Positions 16,104 to 28,026 are shown, counted from the stretch's first letter. The stretch: DNA of 64,000 bases from an uncultured Acidobacteriota bacterium (GCA_963796275.1 CAWCKY010000006.1:2688001-2752000), one strand, 5' to 3'. Numbers and translations: made by a program. Notes: generated by a model from the sequence alone, not told the origin.

Positions 16104-16486
16104 GCAGCAGGTTCCGGTTCTATAACAGATTCGCAGGCGCGGGATCCAATTTCGGGACGATTGTTGACGCTGAGCTGATAGAGTTGTTTATTGCTCCAAT
16201 ATCGGCGCCGGGAGAGTGTGTGAGCCGAGGCGACCTCGGAGAAGGGAAGAAATAGCTATATGGACTCCTATTCAAACATCCAGGCTGCACATCGCGATAG
16301 GGAGAGAGGGAGATACAAGCTTCCGGCGCTGAGGGCAGCGCTCAGGGGAAGATTGTTCAATGGACTCATTACGGATGAGATGGCTGCGAAAGAACTTCTC
16401 AATTCCGACTGAAGTTCTTATGTGCAAAGTTTGACGCACATAACTCAACCCGGCGTCTGCTGCGGAAGATCGACAAGAAACGCCCG

Positions 16487-19087
16487 CTATGAGCTCTTTT
16501 GCTGTACTTTCTCTAATTGTGCAATGGCTTCAATTCGCTCCTGACCTGCCAGGTCCTGGGCCAGGCGCTGCAAGGCTACTGAGATGACCTCATTGTGGTG
16601 CAGGCTTTCGTTCTCGGGCGCGAGCTCCAGCCACAGTTTGTGGGTGAGTTCGATATCTTCGGGCGTGATCGTTGGCCGGTGGGCGCCGAGTTCGTAGATG
16701 CGCTCGGTTCCATCCGGAAAGACCAGTTTGAGAATGCGGAACTTCCGCTTTCGCTCGTCCTGGATATGCTCCCAGACATCGCCGACGCGCCTGGCCTGCT
16801 GGTTGGCTGACATCTTGGTCGACACTCCGGCGACTATTGTCAGGCACTCAAGCCGCACGGCCGTCATGACCGTCGCCCGAAAAGCATCGCTCGAAGGGAC
16901 CACCAGCGGCGTAATCTTCTTGCCGAGCTTTTCCGCGATGTCCATGGCTCTTGTGAAGAGAAGTTGCTCCTCATCGGTGAATCGTTCGCCGTCAGGCAGG
17001 CGCTCTTGCCCTGAGCCCTGCTTTTTCGGCACACGGACTGTCATGACGATGACATCCTGCACATTGGTATTCACCTCCGCCAGTACCTTTTTGAGATAGT
17101 GCAGGCCAGCGTAGTTATGGGCCGTGACCAGTATGCCGCCCGGGCGCACGGTGATCAGCGCGCGTGACACTTTATCTTCAGAAACGAGGTTGAATTTATC
17201 GAGTTCTGTGGCGGTCAAGCGGCGCCGCGTCGCCGACGGTGCGGCGTCTTCTATCGCCAACAGGGTGAAGGTGAATGCCGTGCCGCGATCGATCTGTGAC
17301 TGGACGCTGATCTGCCCGCCGTGCCCCTCGATCAGCCGCTTGGAGATGGCTAGCCCCAGGCCGCTGCCCGGAGATGCGCTGCCGGGAACGCGCACGAAGC
17401 GATGGAAGATACGGGGCAGATACTCAGGCGGAATGCCGCGGCCGGTGTCAACCACTGAAATTGCTATGTGATCATCCCTCGCTTCCGCCGAAACCTTGAT
17501 CTCACCGCCGCGCGGAGTGCTACGTTGCGCGTTGTCGATGAGTTCGGCGAGCACTCGCTTGATCTGTTCGCGATCGGCCAGAACTGCCGGTAGAGAAGGC
17601 GGCAGCTCGAGTTTTAATTCGAGATCCCTCGTTTCTACCTGTGGCCGGAGCGACTCGATCGTGGCCCCCAACAATTCGGCGATCTTGACCGGGGCCAGTT
17701 GCGGCGACCGTTCGCCCGATTCGATACGCGAAAGCTCGAGCAAATCCCGTCTCAGCCGCTCCCATCGCTCGACCTGTTCGCGGCTGTTGAGGAGGAGATC
17801 GCGTTGTTGATCGTTGAGCTCGCCAGCTGCACCTTCGATCAGGCAATGAAGGCTCATCTGTACCTCCCTGACCGGTTCCTCCAATTGCTCTGAAGCGATT
17901 GCAATGAATTCTGACTTGAGACGATCGACCTCTTTCAAATGAGTGATGTTCTCGAGCATGACCACTGTGCCCAGCAATCGTTTCTGATCATCACGCATCG
18001 GAGTAGTGCGTAAGCGATAAGCCTGTTCCGACCCGTTCAATGCGATGGGAATCGCGGTCGCAATACTCTCCCCGACGACGGGGCGTTGCCAGCTCAGGGC
18101 TTCAGAGACGGCCATTGCAATTCGATTGTTACCCGTGATCTCGGCCACGGGTTTGCCTATGTTTGCATCTTCCGGACCAAATATCCTTTCGGCGGCGGGG
18201 TTGAGCTTGGTAATTCGCCCTTGATTATCGGTTACCAGCACCGGATCGTAGAGCGAGTCGATGGTGGCTTCGGTCATGCGCTGTGCGATGATCAGCTTGC
18301 CCAGATCGGAGCGCCGTAACTGCTGGAGATGCTCTGCCATGCTGTTGAATTCGGTCGCCAGCGTGCCGATCTCATCGCGCGAAAGTATCTTCGCGCGCGC
18401 CTCCAGATCATCCTGCGCAATACTCGCCGCCGCTTTGGTCAACTCGCGCACGGGGCGGACGATGGCGTTGGCCATGAGCAGGGCGAGCGCGATTCCGGCC
18501 GCCACCAGGCCGCCCGCCATTAGCAGCGTGGCCATAAGAGAGCGCCGTGCGGCCCCAGCCGCCCGTCCCGATTTGGCCAGCATAGCTTCTCGATTGAGCC
18601 GCAGCAGATCATCACAATCGGAGCGCAACTGATTGTAGAGCGGATCGAGTTGGGAGAAATATCTTCCCTCTATCTGCCCCCGGGATGCGGCGGAAGCTGA
18701 CTTGATGTCGGCCAAAAAACTATCGGCGTATTGATAATAGGTGTCGCGGTCGCGGCGGATCGCTTCAATCACCTCAGGTTCTCGCGGCTCGGTGATGTTA
18801 TTGGCAGCTCGATTGAAGGCCGCATCGAATCGCTCCCGATATTGGCGTAGCTGCCTATACGCGCGCTCATCCCGGCCGGTCAATGCCAGGACTACAGCCG
18901 AATCCTGCCGCTCCAGGGCATCCTTCATATCTTCCGCGGCCACTACCGAATCGTAATTCTCAGTGACGATGAGCTGTGTCAGGTTACTCAACTCGCGAAA
19001 ATGCCAGACGCTCCACACGCCCAGCGCCACCAGAGCGGCGACAAATACCAGATATCCGATCAACAATTTAGCGCGTAGACTCATCAT
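16487..19087 (-). CDS. KinB-like membrane sensor (TM-4HB-TM-HAMP-PAS-DHp-HATPase) lacking the phospho-His, with ~240-aa Usp-like C-terminal extension
   Basis: H-box reads EFIAIASEQLEEP; G1 DTGRGI, F-box and G2 GSGLGLAI are intact. Start overlaps the stop of the upstream kdpD N-terminal gene. Confidence 0.85.
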   Translation of the reverse strand: MMSLRAKLLIGYLVFVAALVALGVWSVWHFRELSNLTQLIVTENYDSVVAAEDMKDALERQDSAVVLALTGRDERAYRQLRQYRERFDAAFNRAANNITEPREPEVIEAIRRDRDTYYQYADSFLADIKSASAASRGQIEGRYFSQLDPLYNQLRSDCDDLLRLNREAMLAKSGRAAGAARRSLMATLLMAGGLVAAGIALALLMANAIVRPVRELTKAAASIAQDDLEARAKILSRDEIGTLATEFNSMAEHLQQLRRSDLGKLIIAQRMTEATIDSLYDPVLVTDNQGRITKLNPAAERIFGPEDANIGKPVAEITGNNRIAMAVSEALSWQRPVVGESIATAIPIALNGSEQAYRLRTTPMRDDQKRLLGTVVMLENITHLKEVDRLKSEFIAIASEQLEEPVREVQMSLHCLIEGAAGELNDQQRDLLLNSREQVERWERLRRDLLELSRIESGERSPQLAPVKIAELLGATIESLRPQVETRDLELKLELPPSLPAVLADREQIKRVLAELIDNAQRSTPRGGEIKVSAEARDDHIAISVVDTGRGIPPEYLPRIFHRFVRVPGSASPGSGLGLAISKRLIEGHGGQISVQSQIDRGTAFTFTLLAIEDAAPSATRRRLTATELDKFNLVSEDKVSRALITVRPGGILVTAHNYAGLHYLKKVLAEVNTNVQDVIVMTVRVPKKQGSGQERLPDGERFTDEEQLLFTRAMDIAEKLGKKITPLVVPSSDAFRATVMTAVRLECLTIVAGVSTKMSANQQARRVGDVWEHIQDERKRKFRILKLVFPDGTERIYELGAHRPTITPEDIELTHKLWLELAPENESLHHNEVISVALQRLAQDLAGQERIEAIAQLEKVQQKSS

Positions 19088-20271
19088 CTCATCTCCGCCG
19101 ATCCCGTCTTCGTGGGTTCCTCTCCACCGGCTGCATCTTCGAGCGGCACCACCTGCACTGTTGCATTACGCACTTCGGATAAGAACCGATTGACGATCGA
19201 GCCGCGAAAAAGCATCTCCCAGCGTGAACGAGCCGTTTGGCCGAAGATGACATGCGTCACTCCTTCGCGCCGCGCATAGTCGATCAGCGCGTCGGCTACG
19301 CGGCTCCCTTTTAGCCTCACTACTTTGGCTCCCAGATCTTTAGCCAGTCGAATGTTTTCCTGCAGCGCGGCGTAATCTTGAGGGTCGATGCGGCCCGGCT
19401 CTTCGCTTGGCGTCTCGACGTAAACTGCATACCAATCCGAGGCGAGTTTGCCGGCGATGCGCGAGCCGATCCGCAGCAGACGTTTGGCGCTGCCGCGCGA
19501 AGCCATGCAGACCATAACCTTTTCGGGGATGACGGCGCATTCCAGCCCCTCGCGTTCGCGATAATCCTGGGCTTTCTCAGCCTGATCCTCTGCCAATTGC
19601 CGGAGCGCAAGCTCCCGCAGCGCTGAGAGATTGCCCTTACGAAAGAAGTTGCTGAGCGCCTGCTCGATCTTCTCGACGCCATAGATTTTACCTTGTCGCA
19701 GGCGCGTTCGCAGTGTGTCCACAGAAACATCCACATTGACGACTTCATCGGCCCGGCGCAGAAAACTGTCGGGAATCGTCTCGCGTACGCGCACCCCGGT
19801 CGTGCGTAGGATCGCATCATTGAGTGATTCGATGTGCTGAATATTGACCGCGGTGATCACCGAGATGCCGGCATCTAGCAGTTCGAGCACGTCCTCGTAG
19901 CGTTTATGGTTGTTCGAGCCGGGAACATTGGTGTGCGCCAGCTCATCGACAATCGCGATCTCCGGACGGCGAGCGATGACAGCATCCACGTCCATCTCTT
20001 CGAGCGTGACTCCACGGTACTCGATGCGCCGCAACGGAACTTGCTCAAGATCGCCGATCAGGGCAGCGGTCTCGGTGCGCCCGTGCGGTTCGACAAAAGC
20101 GATGAGGATATCGACGCCCTGTCGTTTAAGCAGATGCGCATCCTCCAACATCTGAAAGGTCTTTCCCACTCCCGCGGCCGCCCCGATGTAGACGCGCAGC
20201 CGCGCCTGCTCGCTCTCTTTGAGCTTGGAGAGCAGGGTTTCCGCCGATGGTCTGTCGCGATCGCTAATCAT
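19084..20271 (-). CDS. kdpD: KdpD N-terminal module (KdpD domain + Usp domain), no TM or kinase part
   Basis: LRVYIGAAAGVGKTFQML, VDELAHTN, KRYEDV, NIQHIESLND and FFRKGNLSALRELAL motifs, then a Usp domain. Start at MISDRDRP. Confidence 0.92.
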   Translation of the reverse strand: MISDRDRPSAETLLSKLKESEQARLRVYIGAAAGVGKTFQMLEDAHLLKRQGVDILIAFVEPHGRTETAALIGDLEQVPLRRIEYRGVTLEEMDVDAVIARRPEIAIVDELAHTNVPGSNNHKRYEDVLELLDAGISVITAVNIQHIESLNDAILRTTGVRVRETIPDSFLRRADEVVNVDVSVDTLRTRLRQGKIYGVEKIEQALSNFFRKGNLSALRELALRQLAEDQAEKAQDYREREGLECAVIPEKVMVCMASRGSAKRLLRIGSRIAGKLASDWYAVYVETPSEEPGRIDPQDYAALQENIRLAKDLGAKVVRLKGSRVADALIDYARREGVTHVIFGQTARSRWEMLFRGSIVNRFLSEVRNATVQVVPLEDAAGGEEPTKTGSAEMR

Positions 20272-20290
20272 TTTTGCTTCGCATCCGTTT

Positions 20291-20830
20291 TTAATAGAAT
20301 GACCCGGTTTCATCTCCATGTGCAAGTAGCAAATCCTCGACCCAATCGCGCAAAATGTCGAGCGACCGAATGACGCCGAGCAGTTGTTTATCCTCATTGA
20401 TGACAGGCAACTCGTCAATCCCCGCCCGGTACAGGGCCCGCATCGCATCAGTGATGGTCTGCCGGGCCTGCAGCGGATGGTGGTTTGTTTCAATAAGCGA
20501 GCTGGCGGGAGATTTCGCCACGTCTTTACCCAGGTGTAACAACTTGGTCGTCGTATGCGCGTGCTGATCTACATACAGGCCAGGGTCGAGGTGCGCAAAA
20601 ACCTCTTGCGCCAGCCGGCCCTCGGTAATGGCGCCGAGGTAGCAACCCTCGTCGTCTACGACATAGACTATTCGCGGGATGGTTGAGCCGACTGCCAATT
20701 TTGCCACGTGTAAAACATCATCGCCCGCGCGAGCCACCGGAGGAATAGGCGCGGGCGATCGCGTGGCGAGATAGCGGGCTAAGGGCCATCCGCCACGGCT
20801 GAGTCGTAATTTGGGGCGCTTTCCAGACAT
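20291..20830 (-). CDS. Stand-alone CBS-pair protein
   Basis: IVYVVDDEGCYLGAIT and LPVINEDKQLLGVIRSLDIL CBS motifs; located between kdpC and kdpD. Confidence 0.8.
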   Translation of the reverse strand: MSGKRPKLRLSRGGWPLARYLATRSPAPIPPVARAGDDVLHVAKLAVGSTIPRIVYVVDDEGCYLGAITEGRLAQEVFAHLDPGLYVDQHAHTTTKLLHLGKDVAKSPASSLIETNHHPLQARQTITDAMRALYRAGIDELPVINEDKQLLGVIRSLDILRDWVEDLLLAHGDETGSFY

Positions 20831-20844
20831 AAACCACGAACAGA

Positions 20845-21420
20845 TTATTTAGAGCGCGGGAACTTACTATCCAGGTCTAGGTTCAACTCCAGCACGTTGA
20901 CCACGGGTTCACCCAGAAATCCGAACTGCCGGCCCTGGGTGTGCGCGGCCACAACCTGGCGGACCTCGCCCTCGTTCACCCCGCGCTCGCGCGCCACCCG
21001 GGGCACCTGAAACTCAGCCGCCGCAGGCGAGATGTGTGGGTCGAGCCCGGAACCGGAAGTGGTAACCAGATCGACTGGAATTGGTTTGCCGGGGTTCTCG
21101 GCCTGCAGCTTCTCGACATCGGCCTTGACCCGGTCAATCAATTTCTTGCTGGTCGGGCCGAGATTCGAGCCGGAAGATGAGCCCGCATCATATCCGACTG
21201 CGCCCGCCGCCGATGGCCGCGAGCGAAAGTATCCCGGCGACGAAAACGGCTGCCCGATGATCCGCGAGCCGATAACCTGACCGTTGCTCTCGATCAATTG
21301 TCCGTTCGCCTTGTCGGGAAAGATCACCTGAGCCAGCCCGGTGACGACCAGCGGGTAGATCAACCCTAGAATAATAGTCGTCACGATTGTCATCAAAATT
21401 GCTGTTACGAAGTTTTTCAT
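20845..21420 (-). CDS. kdpC: K+-transporting ATPase subunit C
   Basis: [40 protein letters not shown] and [11 protein letters not shown] motifs. Confidence 0.96.
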   Translation of the reverse strand: MKNFVTAILMTIVTTIILGLIYPLVVTGLAQVIFPDKANGQLIESNGQVIGSRIIGQPFSSPGYFRSRPSAAGAVGYDAGSSSGSNLGPTSKKLIDRVKADVEKLQAENPGKPIPVDLVTTSGSGLDPHISPAAAEFQVPRVARERGVNEGEVRQVVAAHTQGRQFGFLGEPVVNVLELNLDLDSKFPRSK

Positions 21421-21444
21421 ATGCAAATCTCTTTTCACCACTGT

Positions 21445-22929
21445 TTACTGTTCTCTGGTAGTGAAGAAATAGCTCACACCCACGAGGAATGTGTTCTGAT
21501 TCTGCCTCGATAATCCATTAAAGTTAGTGAAGAACGGCTGATTCGAGAAGTCGCGCCGGAATTCAAATCGCGTGAGGAGGTTGTTCAACAGCTTCAATTC
21601 CTGCGTCAGCGTGATGTCCTTGATCGTCTGCGCTCGGCCGGTCCTCAAACCACCTCTGTCGTTGAAGACCTCAAAACGGGGTGAGAACGCTAACCGATTG
21701 TTGAATGCGCATTTGAGATATCCCGCAAAACCAGTCCAATAATTGCGATTCCCGAAATTATCTCCGTCATTGCCGTAAACGAAGTTCCCCAGCAACGTCA
21801 CCTTGTCGGTCGCATAATAGGTAACCACCGAGTCGAAGATATTCCGCCAGTTGTCTCTCAATGAGACATCTGGCACGTTCGCCAGCGGCGCCTCCTGTCC
21901 GCCCAGATAGGTCCCCGTGATCGCAAACTTCTTCGACGGCGTCAGACCCAGCTGAAAACCTATCGTCTTGCCCGCCGATCTCCGATCGAAATTGTTCTCG
22001 AACAGGTTATCCCAGCCGTTCACCAGGAAGCCGGTCAATGCCACCTTGTCGCTGACCGCATACTTCGTCCGCAAACCCGCGTGATAAAACGGCCCATAGA
22101 GGAAGAGCAGCCCGCGCGAATAGTTGAAGTTGTCTTTAGTCTCGACCACTTCCGCCCCGACCGGCGTGTAGAACTTGCCGAAATCCAGCGTCAACCCGCT
22201 CCCCAGCGGCGCCACGTAACTGGCATAGGCTTGCAGGACGTGTTTGGTCGCGTCGTTGCGGCTCGAGTCGCTGACCGAGACGAAGCGATCGACCGTCTCG
22301 CCCAGACCGAGGTCGGCCCGGAAACCGAGCGGGCTCTCCTTGGAGTTCTTGCGCTCCAGCGTCAGCTTGGCCAGTTGCAGGCTGAAGGCGTTATGGCGCA
22401 CGTCGAAGACGCGGCCCTGCGTGAACATATCGACCTGGTTATTGTTGTAGCCGTAGTAGCCATCGACGACGCCGCTGACTTCGACGCTGCGGAAGAAGTT
22501 GATGAAGGATTCGTTCTTCTTGGATTCGTCCTTCATATCCTGGACCTCTTTTTTGATCTCATCGATCGCGTCGGCTTTAACTTCACTACTCTTAATTTCA
22601 TTTTCCGTCTTCGCAGTGACCGATGGTGTCTCTCCGCTGAGCCTGGCGAGTTTCTCCTCGAGCATCCTGATGCGCTCTTCGAGCGCTTCAATCATCTTGG
22701 CATTCTCCGCCGTGTCGGTTTTTGCGTCCGCTTTGCTCTCCGTTATTCCTTTCTTTTCTTTTGACTTCGACTCCTTTTCAGATTTAGCACTGGTTTCGTC
22801 ATTTAACTGCTTTGCAAATGCCACATCGTTCATAGCGGCAGTCAGCATCAGCACGGAGGCTGAGAATAAGACCAGCGCCATTAAGGATTGCCGGAACAAA
22901 GCGTTGTTAATTGAGATTTGTAAAAGCAT
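21445..22929 (-). CDS. Outer-membrane beta-barrel putative porin (BBP2/DUF1597-like), copy 1
   Basis: Signal peptide and coiled coil, then VDGYYGYN, QAYASY, GKFYTPVGAE, NFNYSRG, NGWD and RFEFRRD motifs. Confidence 0.8.
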   Translation of the reverse strand: MLLQISINNALFRQSLMALVLFSASVLMLTAAMNDVAFAKQLNDETSAKSEKESKSKEKKGITESKADAKTDTAENAKMIEALEERIRMLEEKLARLSGETPSVTAKTENEIKSSEVKADAIDEIKKEVQDMKDESKKNESFINFFRSVEVSGVVDGYYGYNNNQVDMFTQGRVFDVRHNAFSLQLAKLTLERKNSKESPLGFRADLGLGETVDRFVSVSDSSRNDATKHVLQAYASYVAPLGSGLTLDFGKFYTPVGAEVVETKDNFNYSRGLLFLYGPFYHAGLRTKYAVSDKVALTGFLVNGWDNLFENNFDRRSAGKTIGFQLGLTPSKKFAITGTYLGGQEAPLANVPDVSLRDNWRNIFDSVVTYYATDKVTLLGNFVYGNDGDNFGNRNYWTGFAGYLKCAFNNRLAFSPRFEVFNDRGGLRTGRAQTIKDITLTQELKLLNNLLTRFEFRRDFSNQPFFTNFNGLSRQNQNTFLVGVSYFFTTREQ

Positions 22930-22955
22930 AACTCCCTTCCTCCCCCGAAAATTGC

Positions 22956-23042
22956 TGGGAGTGCGCGCGACCCCGCGCCCTGTTTGTGTTAATAGACCCT
23001 CGGCCGGAAACCCGGCGCGCGTGCCCCCGCGCGTCCCCCAGG
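22956..23042. repeat. Degenerate GC-rich inverted repeat (REP-like) between kdpB and porin
   Basis: CTGGGAGTGCGCGCG...CGCGCGTCCCCCAG imperfect palindrome. Confidence 0.35.
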
Positions 23043-23065
23043 GTGCTATTACCCTTTCAAATCAC

Positions 23066-25124
23066 TCATGCCAGACCGAGCGCGACGATAATCACGTCAA
23101 TGATCTTGATGCCGATGAACGGCACGATGATTCCGCCTAACCCGTAGATCAACAGATTGCGACGCAACAACGCCGCTGCGCTCATCGGGCGATATTTCAC
23201 GCCTCTGCAGCGCGAGCGGAATAAGCGCGATGATGATCAGCGCGTTGAAGATCACGGCTGAGAGAATCGCCGACTGCGGCGTCGCGAGCCCATAATGTTC
23301 AGCGCATTCATGACCGGAAAGGCGGCCGAGAACATCGCCGGGATGATCGCGAAGTATTTCGCCACGTCGTTAGCAATCGAGAAGGTCGTCAAGGCGCCGC
23401 GCGTCATCAGCAACTGCTTGCCGATCTCTACGATCTCGATCAGCTTGGTCGGATTGGAGTCGAGATCGACCATGTTGCCGGCTTCTTTCGCGGCCTGCGT
23501 GCCGGTGTTCATCGCCACGCCAACATCGGCCTGCGCCAGCGCCGGCGCATCGTTTGTTCCGTCGCCGGTCATCGCTACCAGCTTGCCGCCGGCCTGCTCG
23601 TGCTTGATCAGCGCCATCTTGTCTTCCGGCGTTGCTTCGGCCAGAAAATCGTCAACTCCAGCTTCGCGCGCGATCGTGGCCGCCGTGAGCGGATTGTCGC
23701 CGGTGATCATGACGGTCTTAATGCCCATCTGCCGCATCTGATTGAAGCGCTCGCTCATTCCGCCCTTGACGATGTCTTTCAGATGAATGACGCCGAGCGG
23801 GTGCCCGTCTGTCGGCGACCACCAGCGGGGTGCCGCCCGCCTTGGAGATCCGCTCGACGATCTCGCGCATCTCCTTAGGCGCATGCCCGCCATTGAAGCC
23901 AAGGTATTTCTCAATCGCGTCGGCTGCGCCTTTGCGAATCCTCGCGCCCGTCGAAGTCAACGCCTGACATCCGCGTCTGCGCGGTGAAGGGAATGAAGTG
24001 CGCTTCGTGCGGTTGAAGCTCTCGCCCGCGCAGTCCATACTTCTCTTTCGCCAGCACGACGATCGAACGGCCCTCCGGAGTTTCGTCGGCGAGCGACGAG
24101 AGTTGCGCAGCATCGGCCAGTTCGTTTTCGGTCACGCCGTGTAGCGGTATGAATTCGGTCGCCTGCCGATTGCCGAGCGTGATCGTGCCGGTCTTGTCCA
24201 GCAGCAGCGTGTTGACGTCGCCCGCCGCTTCGACCGCGCGGCCCGACATCGCCAGCACGTTGTGCTGAATCAGCCGGTCCATGCCCGCGATGCCGATGGC
24301 AGAGAGCAGGCCGCCGATGGTCGTCGGAATCAAACAGACGAGCAGCGAGACGAGCACAAAGATTGTCTGCGGCGCGCTTGAATAGATCGCGAACGGCTGC
24401 AGGGTGACGACGGCGAGCAGGAAGATGATCGTCAGGCCCGCGAGCAGGATATTGAGCGCGATCTCGTTCGGCGTCTTTTGTCGTTCCGCGCCTTCGACCA
24501 GCGCGATCATGCGGTCGATGAAGGTTTCGCCCGGATTCGAAGTGATCCGAACTTTGATCTGATCAGACAATACGCGCGTTCCGCCGGTGACGGCTGAGCG
24601 GTCGCCTCCCGCTTCACGAATCACCGGGGCCGACTCGCCCGTGATCGCCGATTCATCAACCGAGGCGACGCCCTCGATGATCTCGCCGTCGCCGGGAATG
24701 AACTCGCCTGCCGAAACAACTACGATATCGTCTTTTCGCAGCTTGCGGCGCAGGTACCGTTTCGTGTCTGCCCATCAGGCAGCAGCTTGTGCGCTGTGGT
24801 CTCGGTCTTGGCCTTGCGCAGGTTGTCGGCTTGCGCTTTGCCGCGCCCTTCGGCCATCGCCTCGGCGAAGTTGGCAAACAGCACCGTGAACCAGAGCCAG
24901 AGCGTGATCTGCAACTCGAACCCGATGCTCGGCGCTCCGGATCGGCGCAATGATCCGCGAATGAGCAGGAGGGTCGTGAAAACGCTGCCGACCTCGACGA
25001 CGAACATGACCGGGTTCTTCATCATCGTGCGCGGGTTCAGCTTGCGGAAACGACATCGACCGATTGCTCGGGTCAGATGATCTTTCGGTATCCCAAATCG
25101 AAATTGTCCTTTTCGTTTAGCCAT
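23066..25124 (-). CDS. kdpB: K+-transporting P-type ATPase subunit B (multiple indels: sequencing error or pseudogene)
   Basis: [59 protein letters not shown] and [11 protein letters not shown] spread over several ORF fragments. Confidence 0.93.
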
Positions 25125-25157
25125 AGTTTTCTCAAATTTCAACAGTCAGACACAAGT

Positions 25158-26989
<1,832 letters not shown>

Positions 26990-26996
26990 AGTTTTT

Positions 26997-27079
26997 AGTT
27001 GATAGGTGACAGTTGATAGTTAGGAGTTGAGAACGAACGGTAACCCACTCTATCGACTGTCAACTGACACCTATCAACT
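26997..27079. repeat. 83-nt hairpin (24-bp arms, 2 mismatches, heptamer-like units) between kdpF and kdpA
   Basis: AGTTGATAGGTGACAGTTGATAGT (26997-27020) versus ACTGTCAACTGACACCTATCAACT (27056-27079). Confidence 0.85.
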
Positions 27080-27084
27080 TCTCC

Positions 27085-27174
27085 TCAGAATTTTTCAGGG
27101 CGCAAAAGCGCGAATACGAGATAGATGAGCAACAGCGCGGAGACCGCGAGGCCCATAAAAGCTTCGAGATTCAT
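27085..27174 (-). CDS. kdpF: K+-transporting ATPase subunit F
   Basis: Manual translation MNLEAFMGLAVSALLLIYLVFALLRPEKF*; canonical YL..ALLRPEKF motif; AGGAG RBS. Confidence 0.95.
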   Translation of the reverse strand: MNLEAFMGLAVSALLLIYLVFALLRPEKF

Positions 27175-27184
27175 CTGCACACTC

Positions 27185-27274
27185 CTATTGCAATTTTTCA
27201 CACCCTCGCACATAGGCGAGTGAGAGCAGGAAGAAAATGATTGTCAACGCGATATAGAGCAGGTCATCGAGCAT
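27185..27274 (-). CDS. 29-aa hydrophobic peptide upstream of kdpF
   Basis: MLDDLLYIALTIIFFLLSLAYVRGCEKLQ*, with GGAGAG RBS. Resembles small kdp-associated peptides ending Y-x-x-x-C-E-[KR]-L. Confidence 0.8.
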   Translation of the reverse strand: MLDDLLYIALTIIFFLLSLAYVRGCEKLQ

Positions 27275-27293
27275 AAGTTCTCTCCGTGATTAA

Positions 27294-27451
27294 TCAGAAA
27301 TCTCTACTATCGGAGCGTAGGCGTCGAAGCTCGGCAAGGGTTGATTCTCCTGGTGGCTTCTCACGCGATATCGAGAAACGACGGCCCTCTCGCCGAAAGA
27401 GCAGATAAGTAAGAATCAAAAACATCAAAGCGATATAATTTCAACAGACAT
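27294..27451 (-). CDS. Possible third small membrane peptide (indel near start)
   Basis: ATG 27451 MSVEII, then shifted frame IALMFLILTYLLFRREGRRF...RDF*. In-frame ATG 27425 gives 43 aa. Confidence 0.35.
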
Positions 27452-27505
27452 CTTTATTACCTGATCACGCGCAGCGTAGAGATGACCACGCGCCGCGCGC
27501 CGAAT

Positions 27506-27856
27506 TCATTGGTCGTCGTCCTCTTCAATTTCTTGCAGTGCGATCTTTGAACCAATTCCCGGTATATCCTTTTCCATCCAATCGAGACAGCAGGCGCCTA
27601 AGACAATGAGTGGAATGGTCATGAAAAGCAGAACCGAACCGGTCACCGACAGCAAATGCCGAGTGCCTTCATTGGCTACCAACCAACTGGCGCCTGTCAG
27701 AATCGAGCCAAACAGCGATACTGCCGCGCCTCCGAATAAACCTATGATTGCTCCGCCGGAATATATCTTCGTCAGCATGCGCGGTCTCACTGCCTGCGCT
27801 GAACCGGCCTGCGCGTCTGATTGCACGTCGATTTGTTTAAGTGTCGGCGAGTGCAT
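27506..27856 (-). CDS. Hypothetical two-TM membrane protein, first gene after box B
   Basis: 116-aa ORF with two hydrophobic helices, an acidic tail and an AAGGA RBS. Confidence 0.65.
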   Translation of the reverse strand: MHSPTLKQIDVQSDAQAGSAQAVRPRMLTKIYSGGAIIGLFGGAAVSLFGSILTGASWLVANEGTRHLLSVTGSVLLFMTIPLIVLGACCLDWMEKDIPGIGSKIALQEIEEDDDQ

Positions 27857-27971
27857 ATCTTTTCCTTCTCATTCCAGCGTATATCTGGGATTTGCTCTCC
27901 ATGATCCACGAACGTTCAAGGAATTCTTGGCTCTAGGTCCATGTTGATGTTTCGCCCATAACAACAGATCG

Positions 27972-28026
27972 ATGCTAAGACAGAAGCCGTAAAAATGGCG
28001 TAAAGGACCCATAAAAAATTCATAAA
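27972..28026 (-). promoter_or_regulatory. Putative KdpE box B plus -10 (kdp operon promoter)
   Basis: + strand (G/A)TAAA at 27989, 28000, 28011 and 28022 (exact 11-bp period). On the minus strand, TAGCAT lies 11 nt downstream. Confidence 0.8.

Noticed and set aside
16260-16412. 50-aa ORF and small hairpins between convergent genes
   Set aside because: No recognisable motif; could be chance.
27280-27970. c-di-AMP (ydaO) riboswitch in the kdp or transporter leaders
   Set aside because: No recognisable ydaO consensus elements by eye; the leaders are occupied by small ORFs. An Rfam scan would settle it.
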